DNA of 56,571 bases from a virus (taxonomy: Duplodnaviria; Caudoviricetes): positions 1 to 56,571 of the IMG/VR virus record IMGVR_UViG_3300018877_000056; one strand, 5' to 3'. Numbering within the stretch: the first letter of the stretch is position 1; each line of letters begins with the position of its first letter. Positions 1 to 9,212 of the stretch are shown piece after piece. A model generated the notes under the pieces. The model was not told the DNA's origin and did no database searches. It saw nothing but the letters and a program-made list of their open reading frames with translations. Both the position numbers and the translations under genes were made by a program.

Positions 1-1038
1 TCATTTTACAGACTTCGTTCGCCTTTCCTTCCGTTCTCTCTTGCGCATTGCAGCCTCCGCGAGCTTCACATCGCGGCCCAGATAGTGCGTCTGCAGGATG
101 TCTTCCGCGTCCTTCAGCGAGTGCCCTGTAAGCGACGCGATCTCCGGGACGCTGGCGCCAGCAAGAGCCAGCCGCGTGACGGCGGACCCGCGGATGTCGT
201 GGAATGTCACATCGTCTATCCCGGCGCGCTCACACGCCTTGCCCCATGACGCCCGGAAACCATCGGACGTCCACGAGTTCCCCTCGGTGTTGGTCAGGAT
301 CGTAACGGCTCTCCTCTTCACCGCTGCGAGATGATCTCGCAGTGTAGGCCCAACCGGGATAACGACACGTCGCCCCGTTTTCGACTGCTTCAGCTTGATC
401 GTCTTGCCGTCATAGGCGGACCAGGGGAGGCGCAAGAGGTCGCCTTGCCGCTGTCCTGTCCAGAGCGCCAGCACGAGCGCCAATTGCAGCTCCTCAGAGG
501 CGGTGTCCATAAATCGTGAGATATGATCCGCGGTCCATAGCTTCTCCGCCCGCTCGGCTTTGTAGAGCCTGCCGCCGCGCTCGCAGGGATTGACGGTAAT
601 CCTGCCGCGGTCTTTCGCTACGGAGAGAACGCGCGCAAGAACCGTCCAGGCGTAGTCGGCCTTACGCGGCGTATCCGCCATGCCATCGCGCCACGCTTTG
701 AAATCCCCGCGGATCTCCGGGGCCGTCAGCGCCTCAAGCGGCAAGTCTCCGAACTCTTCATCAATCAGGTTCAAATAGGTCTGGTAGGCTCTCTTGGAGC
801 TATCGGACAGCGACTTGTATTCGCTGCTGCCGCGGAACTCCGTCACGAGCTGGTGCAGGGTGCCATCGGAAGCGGCCTTCCGGCCCCTGTGGGCTTCCTG
901 ATAGCTCTCAATGAACTCCGGGCTCCCCGGCTCTCCGCGGAGCCGTGGGCCGCCTCTCCAGGCATAGTAGTAGATTGACCGGGTGCCATCCGCGAGCCGC
1001 CGCGGCACCCGATGCACTCCCTTAAGCATGACGCGCAT
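1..1038 (-). CDS. int: Prophage tyrosine integrase
   Basis: TGQRQGDL, FHDIRGSA, GHS...HY catalytic motifs; N-terminal YYYAWRGGPRL arm domain; start MRVMLKG at 1038 (ORF extends to 1062). Confidence 0.93.
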   Translation of the reverse strand: MRVMLKGVHRVPRRLADGTRSIYYYAWRGGPRLRGEPGSPEFIESYQEAHRGRKAASDGTLHQLVTEFRGSSEYKSLSDSSKRAYQTYLNLIDEEFGDLPLEALTAPEIRGDFKAWRDGMADTPRKADYAWTVLARVLSVAKDRGRITVNPCERGGRLYKAERAEKLWTADHISRFMDTASEELQLALVLALWTGQRQGDLLRLPWSAYDGKTIKLKQSKTGRRVVIPVGPTLRDHLAAVKRRAVTILTNTEGNSWTSDGFRASWGKACERAGIDDVTFHDIRGSAVTRLALAGASVPEIASLTGHSLKDAEDILQTHYLGRDVKLAEAAMRKRERKERRTKSVK

Positions 1039-1270
1039 TCCGATTGGCCCTCCACCGCTCATAGGCGCTTTGTCCTGCCTCAGAGTCGGATAAGCCGGAA
1101 AGCCTGTCTAGGGCTCGGTCGATAGCCCTTACGTCCCACCGCCGAGTGCCAGGCAGGGGCTTGGGAAGCCTCCCTTGGGCTACCCATCGGGAGAACCCGG
1201 AGGGGCTTAGATGGCAATGCGCCGCGGCTTCCTCACGGGTCAGCAATCGTGCGTGCTGCACCTGTCCCAT
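1022..1270 (-). CDS. Excisionase/AlpA-like HTH protein
   Basis: LLTREEAAAHCHLSPSGFSRWVAQGRLPKP..RRWD; directly upstream of int. Confidence 0.8.
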   Translation of the reverse strand: MGQVQHARLLTREEAAAHCHLSPSGFSRWVAQGRLPKPLPGTRRWDVRAIDRALDRLSGLSDSEAGQSAYERWRANRNARHA

Positions 1271-1274
1271 GTCC

Positions 1275-1640
1275 TTACCCCTGTTCCTGTTTGGGCAAAT
1301 CCAGGACCTCTTTCATAAGCCGGTAGGTCTTCGGGGCTCGATCGCCTTTCGACCAGTCGATACCGACCTCATCGGCCATTGACTGCGCGAGGTGACCCCA
1401 CTGACTTACGAGGGCCGCCCATTCTTTCGAGTGGGCCGCCATTTCGGGGAGGCGCGGCTTCCATTCCGGGATAAGCTCCAGGAGCCGCAGGCAGCGCCCA
1501 AGGTCGGCGGGATCAAGCGGGTAGAACCAGCCGGATCGCGGCTCGCCCGCATTCATCATGTGAGCCCATATCGCCTCGGACGATGCGCCTGTGTCGTGCC
1601 CGATAATCCACTTGTGCGCGCGTTCCATGATGGAGTTCAT
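1275..1640 (-). CDS. Phage hypothetical protein
   Basis: DTGASS...YPLDPADLGRCLRLL pattern typical of phage early-left proteins; coupled to neighbours. Confidence 0.7.
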   Translation of the reverse strand: MNSIMERAHKWIIGHDTGASSEAIWAHMMNAGEPRSGWFYPLDPADLGRCLRLLELIPEWKPRLPEMAAHSKEWAALVSQWGHLAQSMADEVGIDWSKGDRAPKTYRLMKEVLDLPKQEQG

Positions 1641-2200
1641 CTCGTCTCTCCTTTTGCCGGTGGGGTGACGGGCGTCTCCGCTTCGCGGATCGCGCTGGCA
1701 GGCTTCGCCCCGAGCCCAAGGTCTCGGCCCGATGGGTGCTCATCGCTGACGCGCGGGGCGTTGATGATGGCAAGGTTTGCCTTATGTCCATTCTCCAGGG
1801 CGAGCAGAGCGTCGTGCAGAAGCTGCGCATCGCGGAGTTCCTTGAAAACGATCTGAACGCGCGGGTTCTCACCTCCGCCTGAAATGCATGTCATGAACCC
1901 AGCGGCGACTCTTTTACCGACGACATCTTCCCGCGCTCGCATGCCGGCAAGTTCGTCCAACAGATCATCAAGGTCAGGCGGCGCGACCTGTTGACTGGCC
2001 TCCGACAGCCCTTGCTCTTTCCCGAGGACCGAAGGGACGGAGGGCACCCCATCCTCCTTGACGGAGGACAGAAGGGGGAGGAGGGCGTCTGCTAGATCGT
2101 CCAGCGACTTGTCTTTCGGCAGAACCCATTCGCCGTAATCATTTACGTACATGGGACCGGAAAGTGCGTTGGCGATCTCCTCTCTCATCTTATCGCTCAT
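1637..2200 (-). CDS. Hypothetical protein
   Basis: ORF in early-left operon with overlapping start/stop. Confidence 0.55.
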   Translation of the reverse strand: MSDKMREEIANALSGPMYVNDYGEWVLPKDKSLDDLADALLPLLSSVKEDGVPSVPSVLGKEQGLSEASQQVAPPDLDDLLDELAGMRAREDVVGKRVAAGFMTCISGGGENPRVQIVFKELRDAQLLHDALLALENGHKANLAIINAPRVSDEHPSGRDLGLGAKPASAIREAETPVTPPAKGETR

Positions 2201-2432
2201 GATGCTCTGATCCTTTGGAGAGAAGGGCGGTGGCCGCATCATACTTGCGGAGCCACTTCTGTTGCTCACGCTTGCAAATCTTGATGATCTGCTGTCGCGG
2301 CCCCTCTATGTCGCTACCGTTCCCGTACAGAGTGCCGCCTTCAAGAATAGAGACGATAGATCCATAAACGGTAAGGTTGGTGAGGGCTTCGGCCGCAAGA
2401 CGGCTTTGCTTCAGGGATTGAAGATCAGTCAC
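2190..2432 (-). CDS. Hypothetical protein
   Basis: Coupled ORF in early-left operon. Confidence 0.55.
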   Translation of the reverse strand: MTDLQSLKQSRLAAEALTNLTVYGSIVSILEGGTLYGNGSDIEGPRQQIIKICKREQQKWLRKYDAATALLSKGSEHHER

Positions 2433-3937
2433 TGTCCCATCTCCTCTTCAGCGGCGGGCTTCTTTGAAAGGGCGGCGCGATCTTCAGATTGGATCAATTC
2501 AAGAGGCCCTGCCTCCACCATCTCGACACGTAGTTGCAAGTCTCGTGGATCGCCTGCCAGAGCCTTCTTTGCGGCTGCAACCCAATACTTCTTGCTGGTC
2601 TGTAACTGACGGGTACGAAGATTAAGAAGATGCTCTGCCCGCTCCACCTCACCCCTGAGCCTTTCGGCTTCTGCTTGGGAGGCGGTGATGGCGGCTTCGG
2701 CGGCGAGAGCGCGGCCTTTCCAACCCTGTTCACTTTCGACTGTCTCCCACATTCCCTCTGTGCATAGGCTCTTGAGCCTGTCCCGCTCCTCCTCCAGTTC
2801 CTTGTTCTTCTGCCGGAGGGTGGCGATTTCGATGGCTTCCGATGCAGAAGGCTCCCATGCCTCGCGTAGCAGTGGATTCTCCTGCTGGAGGGTGCGGAGG
2901 GCTTGGGCGGTATCTCGCAATTTGGTTGCCCGCTTCGCATAATACTCAGCAAAGCCTCGTGTCTCTGTCGGGCGGGCATGTTTCTCTTCGACCTCCGCTT
3001 CGTGCTCTAGCCACTCGATCAGCCCCGCATAGTCCTCCGTGACGGTGGGGTGGGGCCGCATCGGGTGTTGCCCTGCTCCTCCGCAATCCGAACAGGGCAC
3101 GGGCTCAAAGTGGTCCTCGTCTATCTGCTCGTATCCACCAGAGCCCGTCCCTTTGCATTGCTCGCATTGAACCAACTCCATGACAGTGGGGAGGGGGTGC
3201 GTGTAGAGGGCAATGATCTCATCAGCACGCTCCAGGCTCCATTCTCGGTCGCGGCGCGTGCGTCCGTTGTCATAACCCTTTGCGTCATAGTCAGACCACG
3301 CTCCGGGCGCGATGATACGGGCGATCTGCTCCCGTTTCGCCTCCCCTCTGCTTGTCTCTGCTGGAGGGGGAGAGAGGGGCGTCTCGGCTTCGCCGCCGCG
3401 CTGGCCCCCTTCGGGCTCAGCCGCTACCGCGTCTTCGTGCTTCGCAGGCTCATCGCTGACGCTGGGGTGCGCGGCGAACGGCCCATCCTGCTCAAAGCGG
3501 TTTGAGTACGAGTAGAACTCTGACCCTTCCTCGCTTAGGGACGTTCGGCGCAATCGAGCGTCAAGAGCATTCACCGCTTCGGTGAGATAGTGACCGCGTT
3601 CCTCGTCTAAGAACTCGCCATCCCCGTCAGGCTCAGCTTCGTAAACAGTTTCTCCGCCACAGTCGGGATAGTCTGCACGGAAGTAGCCATGGCGCAGCCG
3701 GAGATATCCAACTTGCTCGCCATCTTTGAGAACGTCGTATTGCTCGGGGCAGGCACCACATGTCAGTAACAACTCATAGCCGTTGATCATGCGTTTTGAT
3801 TGCTGCTCCATAGGCGGCGCAACGTAGCGACTGGGTGAAACAGCCATTGAGCTTTCCTGAGGAGAAGCGTCAGCTTCGACGGAAGGCAACATCATATTCT
3901 CTCCCCCGCTCTCAGGGGCTTTGTGTGGGTTAGACAT
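2429..3937 (-). CDS. Mosaic hypothetical protein (Zn-finger and coiled-coil segments)
   Basis: 502 aa; TCGACPEQYD, CEQCKGTG...CSDCGGAG, heptad region. Confidence 0.65.
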   Translation of the reverse strand: MSNPHKAPESGGENMMLPSVEADASPQESSMAVSPSRYVAPPMEQQSKRMINGYELLLTCGACPEQYDVLKDGEQVGYLRLRHGYFRADYPDCGGETVYEAEPDGDGEFLDEERGHYLTEAVNALDARLRRTSLSEEGSEFYSYSNRFEQDGPFAAHPSVSDEPAKHEDAVAAEPEGGQRGGEAETPLSPPPAETSRGEAKREQIARIIAPGAWSDYDAKGYDNGRTRRDREWSLERADEIIALYTHPLPTVMELVQCEQCKGTGSGGYEQIDEDHFEPVPCSDCGGAGQHPMRPHPTVTEDYAGLIEWLEHEAEVEEKHARPTETRGFAEYYAKRATKLRDTAQALRTLQQENPLLREAWEPSASEAIEIATLRQKNKELEEERDRLKSLCTEGMWETVESEQGWKGRALAAEAAITASQAEAERLRGEVERAEHLLNLRTRQLQTSKKYWVAAAKKALAGDPRDLQLRVEMVEAGPLELIQSEDRAALSKKPAAEEEMGQ

Positions 3938-3944
3938 GGGAGCC

Positions 3945-4412
3945 TCAATATGCTGGATAGGTTTCTGCCTCGCCGCGAGCGACGGCTTTCCCGAGTAGGG
4001 TAAGCTCGTACATCACTGCGTCGGGCTGACCGGCTCTGCGCTTGTCGACGCGATAGCGATTGAACAGCCCGTGGTAGTAGGCAGCCCTCATTACATGGTC
4101 GCCGTCGCTGGTGTAGAAGTGATCACGGTAGCCGGCCTTAAGGCCGGTGCCGCCATAGGCGTGAACGACGCAGTGCAGGATCTCTGCATTGATCTGACTC
4201 GCCAGCGGATGTCGTTCCGGTAGAATAACGTCACGCTCGGGGGCGCGGTAACAGCTCGCGATCTGCAAGAAGTCCCTGAAAGTGATATCCCATGCATCGC
4301 TGAGACTACGGAACGCCGACGCCATGGCTTTCCCCTTCGTTGGCGCGTACACGGTTTCTGACCCGCCATCCCTGACGTGGACTCTCCAAGCCTTTCGCAC
4401 GCGCTTACCCAT
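3945..4412 (-). CDS. Hypothetical protein
   Basis: Coupled ORF in early-left operon. Confidence 0.55.
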   Translation of the reverse strand: MGKRVRKAWRVHVRDGGSETVYAPTKGKAMASAFRSLSDAWDITFRDFLQIASCYRAPERDVILPERHPLASQINAEILHCVVHAYGGTGLKAGYRDHFYTSDGDHVMRAAYYHGLFNRYRVDKRRAGQPDAVMYELTLLGKAVARGEAETYPAY

Positions 4413-5115
4413 GCTCGTTCTCCTTGGAGAGAGGAGAAGCGGGGAGAGGCATCCAATGGGTAGGATTTAGCTCTGTGAGTTCCTCGTAAGCGAACGAGGC
4501 AACGGTGCCGTCCGTCCATGCGCCGCGATAGTCGGACTCGCCCTTCTCATCGTTATACTCATAAGCGAACTGGGCATCGTACCAGACGACAGACTTGAAG
4601 CCCCCCGGCATGACGGCAAGAACCTTCGTCCCATCCTTCGGAGCCGTCTCGATAGGCTTCCACTCTCCCCCTGGAGTCGATAGGGCGGCGATGATCGTGT
4701 TGATCTCAGTCCTGATGGCCAGAAGCTCGTTCAGCGCATCACAGATCGTCTTGCCGTCGCGCCATTCACCGTCGCCGGGTGCGCTTTCGGGATGTTGTTC
4801 TGCGACCGCATAGTGTGACCCGCCACGCGTTGCCATGATCCGCCAAGGATGGTTGTTATCCAACCAAAATTCCGACGCGCTGAGGGCTCTTGCCTTCTCT
4901 CTCAACTCAATCAGTCGTTTCACGAGCTCTGTCATGTTCTGTCCTAGGAGGCTTGGCGATAGAGGGGGCGGGGAAACGGTGACTGTTCTCAGAGCAGCTC
5001 GCATGGCGTCACGGCGGGCGTCGTGGAAGTTCTTGACCGTGATGTCAGGGCGCTTCCGCCAGGTATCGTCAAAGGCAGCAATGGCTCGCTCGACTTGCTC
5101 ATCGGTGGGGGTCAC
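4405..5115 (-). CDS. DUF551-like phage protein
   Basis: WKPIETAPKDGT...PTHWMPLP signature. Confidence 0.75.
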   Translation of the reverse strand: MTPTDEQVERAIAAFDDTWRKRPDITVKNFHDARRDAMRAALRTVTVSPPPLSPSLLGQNMTELVKRLIELREKARALSASEFWLDNNHPWRIMATRGGSHYAVAEQHPESAPGDGEWRDGKTICDALNELLAIRTEINTIIAALSTPGGEWKPIETAPKDGTKVLAVMPGGFKSVVWYDAQFAYEYNDEKGESDYRGAWTDGTVASFAYEELTELNPTHWMPLPASPLSKENEHG

Positions 5116-5471
5116 TTGTCCCTCCGCACGACGGTCCCATCCATCCGCTTCTTGAATGGCGAGTTACGGCCAAAGGGCAGGGGCGTCTTGGAACGATGGA
5201 CCCCCGTATGTCGGTCCTGCCGGCGCACTGCTCGAGCAAGATTGCCCTTGTCCTTGGCAGTCTTTTGCTTGTGGCAGTCCACGTGCGCAGGCTTCATGTT
5301 GTCGTCAGTGTCTGCCAGCTTCCCCAGCATGGAACGCGGGATGACATGCTCGACCTCCCAGCGTTCGCGGGTGCCGTCGATCTTCATGCCGCATAGGTGG
5401 CAGACGCCTCCGTGCATGAGGAACAGTTCACGGCGCTTCTTGTCGGATAGGCGGGGGCGATCGTCGGTCAT
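5112..5471 (-). CDS. HNH endonuclease
   Basis: CHLCG...WEVEHVIP...NMKPAHVDCHKQKT. Confidence 0.85.
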   Translation of the reverse strand: MTDDRPRLSDKKRRELFLMHGGVCHLCGMKIDGTRERWEVEHVIPRSMLGKLADTDDNMKPAHVDCHKQKTAKDKGNLARAVRRQDRHTGVHRSKTPLPFGRNSPFKKRMDGTVVRRDK

Positions 5472-5983
5472 GCTGCCTTCCCGACATTCCGCGTCAGCGC
5501 CTCAGGCTGAACGCCGATCATGTTGGAGACAATCTCAAGAACGGCCTGCTTGCTCTGCTGAAACTCCTCCTTGCCCATGGCGCGGCGGGACTGGCTCTTA
5601 GGCTTGCGCACGACCACGATAGGGCCTCGCACGACGACCACAGAGTATTCATCCATGCTGGCGATGAAGTTGGCGATCCGCAGCGCGGCGGCATGGCTTC
5701 CGGCATCGACTTCCTGCTGGTTGAAGTATCCAGCTTCGATGAGGGCCCGTTTACGCAGGTGCTCCGGCGTCCTGAACTGTTCTGTCAGGTGCTCAGGTAG
5801 TTGAGCCCAAGCCTCAGCTACGAAGGCGAACTCATGGTTATGGCTGGCGATAGAGCGATCCTCATGGACGACGAGGCGGTACTTCTCGCCAACCACAAAG
5901 GAGCGGTCGCAGTCTGCCTTGAAGCGCGGGAGCGGGACCATCGCATCGCCGTCCCACGTGTAGAGGATCGGAGCCGTGGACAT
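5468..5983 (-). CDS. NinB/Orf-like recombination accessory protein (putative)
   Basis: RSIASHNHEFA...KSQSRRAMGKEEF pattern; lies after exonuclease. Confidence 0.55.
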   Translation of the reverse strand: MSTAPILYTWDGDAMVPLPRFKADCDRSFVVGEKYRLVVHEDRSIASHNHEFAFVAEAWAQLPEHLTEQFRTPEHLRKRALIEAGYFNQQEVDAGSHAAALRIANFIASMDEYSVVVVRGPIVVVRKPKSQSRRAMGKEEFQQSKQAVLEIVSNMIGVQPEALTRNVGKAA

Positions 5984-6618
5984 GCCGCAGCCTTCCGGTC
6001 GTAAAGGGCGGTGAGCTCTGAGACCTTGCCATCCAGCTCGGCCAGGAATTCGCTCACGTCCTGTTCAAGTTCGGCAATTCGAGCGTCATCCCGGTGAACC
6101 CGCTTCACGAACAGGCGCATGTGCTCGGGCATGCGCGGATCGAAGGAAACGAAGTCGCACCACTGGCGGCCCGTGCAGGCCATCTGCCAGAGCATCTGTG
6201 TGACATACTTGCCGGGCACGGTCTGACTGATGAGAGTGTCGATGTGGGTTGCCGTGTTGGGGCACTTGATCTCGACCAGCCCATCATCACCGACCAAGCC
6301 GTCAGGGCTTGCTCCAGTCATGGCGATCGTCGGATGAGGAATGAACCCGACCTGCACGACCTCGGCATCCATTCGGAATTCGTAAGCAATCCGGGCGTCG
6401 GGCTCGTTCTCCGTTCCCCACTTCATGGCGGTATTCGTGAACTTCTCGGCGGGCTCGCCGGTCAGGCGTTCCGCAATCAGTTCGGCCATGTAGTTCGCGC
6501 GGGATGCGCCCCAGCCGGTCTTGGTACGAGCAATCACGTCAGCCACGCGGGACGCCGTGACCTTGCCGACCCGGATGGCCAGCCATTCCTCAGAGCCTTG
6601 AACGATCTCGGTCATCAC
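5818..6618 (-). CDS. YqaJ/lambda-exonuclease family protein
   Basis: QGSEEWLAIR, GASPDGLV, EIKCP, YVTQMLWQM motifs. Confidence 0.92.
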   Translation of the reverse strand: MMTEIVQGSEEWLAIRVGKVTASRVADVIARTKTGWGASRANYMAELIAERLTGEPAEKFTNTAMKWGTENEPDARIAYEFRMDAEVVQVGFIPHPTIAMTGASPDGLVGDDGLVEIKCPNTATHIDTLISQTVPGKYVTQMLWQMACTGRQWCDFVSFDPRMPEHMRLFVKRVHRDDARIAELEQDVSEFLAELDGKVSELTALYDRKAAACPRLRSSTRGTAMRWSRSRASRQTATAPLWLARSTASSSMRIALSPAITMSSPS

Positions 6619-7373
6619 TTGACCCTCTTTGCATTGAGGGCATCGACGGCACGCTGGTACTGATTGGCCGGCAGAGCTGCGAGGTTATCGACCTTCAGGT
6701 ATGCGAGGAACTTCTTCGGATCGGCGCCGACCTCAATAATGAGATCCTGCAGGGCCTCAACTTGCTCTTCCGAGATGGTTGCCGCGCCCCCGGCCGCCTT
6801 GCCGTCGTCGTCCTCGCCGCGGCTGGTGATGTTCAGCAGGGCCCCGGCCGTGTACCGCTTCCCGTAGGAGATGGATGAGCCGACCGCCTGGACGGAGTTC
6901 TTGCTGCCGCTGGTATCAATCGGCAGGTGCATGGTCGTCTCTTCGCTATGACCCTCGCGGTGGGACAGGACACCCGTGACCGTGATGCGACCCTCTTCCT
7001 GTCCGGTGCGGAAGCTCAGGGCGAACCCATGCTTGGCGAGGACCGGCTTGATGGCCTCGTTGATGTCTTCCCAAAGAGCGTAAGTGCTCTGGATATTGCC
7101 GCTGCGATCCTTGATCCCGCCGCGCTCGGCAATGACGGGGAGTTCCGGCTGCATCCGGGCAAGATCAGCCGCATAGGCAGCCCGTGCGTTGCGCTCCATG
7201 ATGCGCTCCTGCATCTCGAGCAAGCGTTCCATCTTGTCGATGTCGACGGCGGGGTTCATTGCCGCACGTTCGATCACCTGGATGATCGCGGCGCTTTCGG
7301 AGACCACAGGCGCAGGCACGTTATCAATGATCTCTGACCCGGAGACTGCTACGGCGGTGTTCTTGTTGCTCAT
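6615..7373 (-). CDS. ERF-family single-strand annealing protein
   Basis: YALWEDINEAIKPVLAKHGF and GSSISYGKRY..EDDDG motifs; adjacent to exonuclease. Confidence 0.88.
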   Translation of the reverse strand: MSNKNTAVAVSGSEIIDNVPAPVVSESAAIIQVIERAAMNPAVDIDKMERLLEMQERIMERNARAAYAADLARMQPELPVIAERGGIKDRSGNIQSTYALWEDINEAIKPVLAKHGFALSFRTGQEEGRITVTGVLSHREGHSEETTMHLPIDTSGSKNSVQAVGSSISYGKRYTAGALLNITSRGEDDDGKAAGGAATISEEQVEALQDLIIEVGADPKKFLAYLKVDNLAALPANQYQRAVDALNAKRVK

Positions 7374-7516
7374 TGATGCTTGTCCTTCGGGAGTTTCAGG
7401 AGCGGCTTCTTCCAGCCGCAGTGCTTGGAGAGTTCCGCGATCTTGTTGACGCGGAGCTTTTCCGTGTAGCGGGTGACTGGCCCACGAGGGCGGGGAGTGA
7501 TGACGACCTGCTTCAT
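7370..7516 (-). CDS. Small hypothetical protein
   Basis: MKQVVITPRP...; overlaps ERF start. Confidence 0.4.
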   Translation of the reverse strand: MKQVVITPRPRGPVTRYTEKLRVNKIAELSKHCGWKKPLLKLPKDKHQ

Positions 7517-7926
7517 GGACGCAGAACCCAGATGGAATGAAGCAGGACGCCAAGAGCAGCGAGGGTCACGGCTGCCACGAAGAACAGCGCGAGGTTTTGG
7601 GCCTTGCGAGAGAAGGCGCGGCAGTCCGGGCTTTTGAAGGTCATGCCTTCCTCCCGTGGCTGTCCCGCCAGTGACGGCGGGCGGCATCCTCGGTCCCGAA
7701 GTACCGCTCACAGTCGCAGCACCTGAATGGTTTGCGAGAGTGGAGATTGCGCAGCTTGCGGTTCTTGGGCTGCCAGGCGGTAATGCGCTCGGGTTGAACG
7801 GTCTGCTCCATCACCGCGCCTCCCGATCAGCCTTCATAGGCCACATGCAGACGACGAGAGCGTAAGCGGCAGAGCCGAGCAGGATCACAGCGAAGACGCT
7901 GCCCATGATGGTGTTGTAGGTGCCCA

Positions 7927-8163
7927 TCATGCAGCTCCGTCGAAGTCAGGTATTTCGATCCGGTCTTCATCCGTGCCGCCGCAAGGGCAGGGGACTACTG
8001 ACAGACCGTAGGTGTCTTGCGTGAAGATCCAGCCGCGACCCGTGCAATGCGGGCATCTACGCTCGCCCATCGTGACATTCAGGATGTCGCGGATGTCGAT
8101 TTGCTGGATTGTGATTGGCTGGGCCGCGCGACTGCGCGGACGGAAGGGGATGACCTCGCCCAT
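7927..8163 (-). CDS. Small Zn-finger protein
   Basis: MGEVIPFRPR..CPHCTGRG..PCPCGG. Confidence 0.55.
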   Translation of the reverse strand: MGEVIPFRPRSRAAQPITIQQIDIRDILNVTMGERRCPHCTGRGWIFTQDTYGLSVVPCPCGGTDEDRIEIPDFDGAA

Positions 8164-8307
8164 CTCAGTAGCCCCCGCCGAGAGCCACACAGCTGAGAGC
8201 GACAACGCCGATCAGGAACACGACGGCAAAGCCATCGCGGAGAGCTTCAAGAGTGAAGGTGGGGAGGGTCTGCATGGGCTCATCTCCGGTGAGGTGATGA
8301 GCTAATG

Positions 8308-8359
8308 ATTTCGGAAAATCAGAAAGTGGTCAAGCGGCAAAATTCAGAAAATCAGAAAT
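8308..8359 (-). promoter_or_regulatory. OL operators (2 copies) overlapping leftward early promoter PL
   Basis: TTTCGGAAAATCAGAAA and ATTCAGAAAATCAGAAA match the OR repeats at 11409-11483; minus-strand TTGACC -35 at 8328-8333. Confidence 0.8.
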
Positions 8360-8448
8360 TGTTTTGCGCCTCTTATCCACAACGTGACGGGGGTCCTGTG
8401 GAAATGGAAGGCCGATCTGGACTCTTCATTAACCTCACGCCACCATGA

Positions 8449-8463
8449 GAACATAAGCAGAAC
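8449..8463 (+). promoter_or_regulatory. Alphaproteobacterial LexA (SOS) box
   Basis: GAAC-ATAAGCA-GAAC = GAAC-N7-GAAC just upstream of 8475. Confidence 0.7.
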
Positions 8464-8474
8464 ATGAGATTGCA

Positions 8475-8726
8475 ATGGACGCAAAGCATTATGTCAGTGA
8501 GCTACGGCAGGCGAGGGCGCTGGATATCGTCTGTGAGGATTGCGGGCGGACAAGGCGCTTCCAGCGGCGTGACCTGCTTGAGCTGGATCTGGAGGGCTTT
8601 AGGAGCTTCCATCAGCTCGGGAGCAAGCTTGTCTGCAAGCATTGCCGGTCAAGGCAAGGGGCAGGGCGGAACATTTCCCTCAAGCCGCGGTGGTTCTCAC
8701 ATTTGCGGGCAACGAGGCAGCATTAG
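8475..8726 (+). CDS. Small Zn-ribbon protein, probably SOS-regulated
   Basis: CEDCG...CKHCR; LexA box upstream. Confidence 0.65.
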   Translation: MDAKHYVSELRQARALDIVCEDCGRTRRFQRRDLLELDLEGFRSFHQLGSKLVCKHCRSRQGAGRNISLKPRWFSHLRATRQH

Positions 8727-8880
8727 GCGCGAAGCCTCCCCATCTACCCGGCGACGGCGGATGGGGAGGCCTCCTGGTCTGAAGACCGGTAGGTGAAGCG
8801 GCCTTCGGAGAACTAACCCTAAAGGGGTAGGGAGCGTTTCAGCTTGGCCACAGAGCCGGGTATATTTCCAGCCTAGCAGC

Positions 8881-9108
8881 CTAGTCGTATTCCACATCGA
8901 ACTTCACCGTGCAGACGGTTGCCCCGGTCTCGTCGGTGACCCAGAGGCGCAGCTGAGTGCCCTGCCAACCCAGGCACCCGGCTCCCTTCAGAAGCTCGCC
9001 TGCTACGATGACAGCGTGGTTTCTGGCATCTTGGCTGTTCGCGAAAACAGCACCTTCTTTGTCGATGAATTCAGTCTTGTTCTGAGAGTGAAAAAAGTAA
9101 CGAGGCAT
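8881..9108 (-). CDS. DUF6894-like small protein
   Basis: MPRYFFH...DKEG...VTDETGATV. Confidence 0.7.
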   Translation of the reverse strand: MPRYFFHSQNKTEFIDKEGAVFANSQDARNHAVIVAGELLKGAGCLGWQGTQLRLWVTDETGATVCTVKFDVEYD

Positions 9109-9180
9109 GTGCGAATAGGCAGCACAGGTAACAAATCCCGGCGCCACATATCGTAGCGCCGTCGAGGTTTCAACTCGTGC

Positions 9181-9212
9181 AAAGAAAAACCCCGGCTTGG
9201 AAGCCGGGGTTT
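9181..9212 (-). terminator. Rho-independent terminator
   Basis: AAACCCCGGCTT-GG-AAGCCGGGGTTT with U-tract on minus strand, after the cI-downstream genes. Confidence 0.75.
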
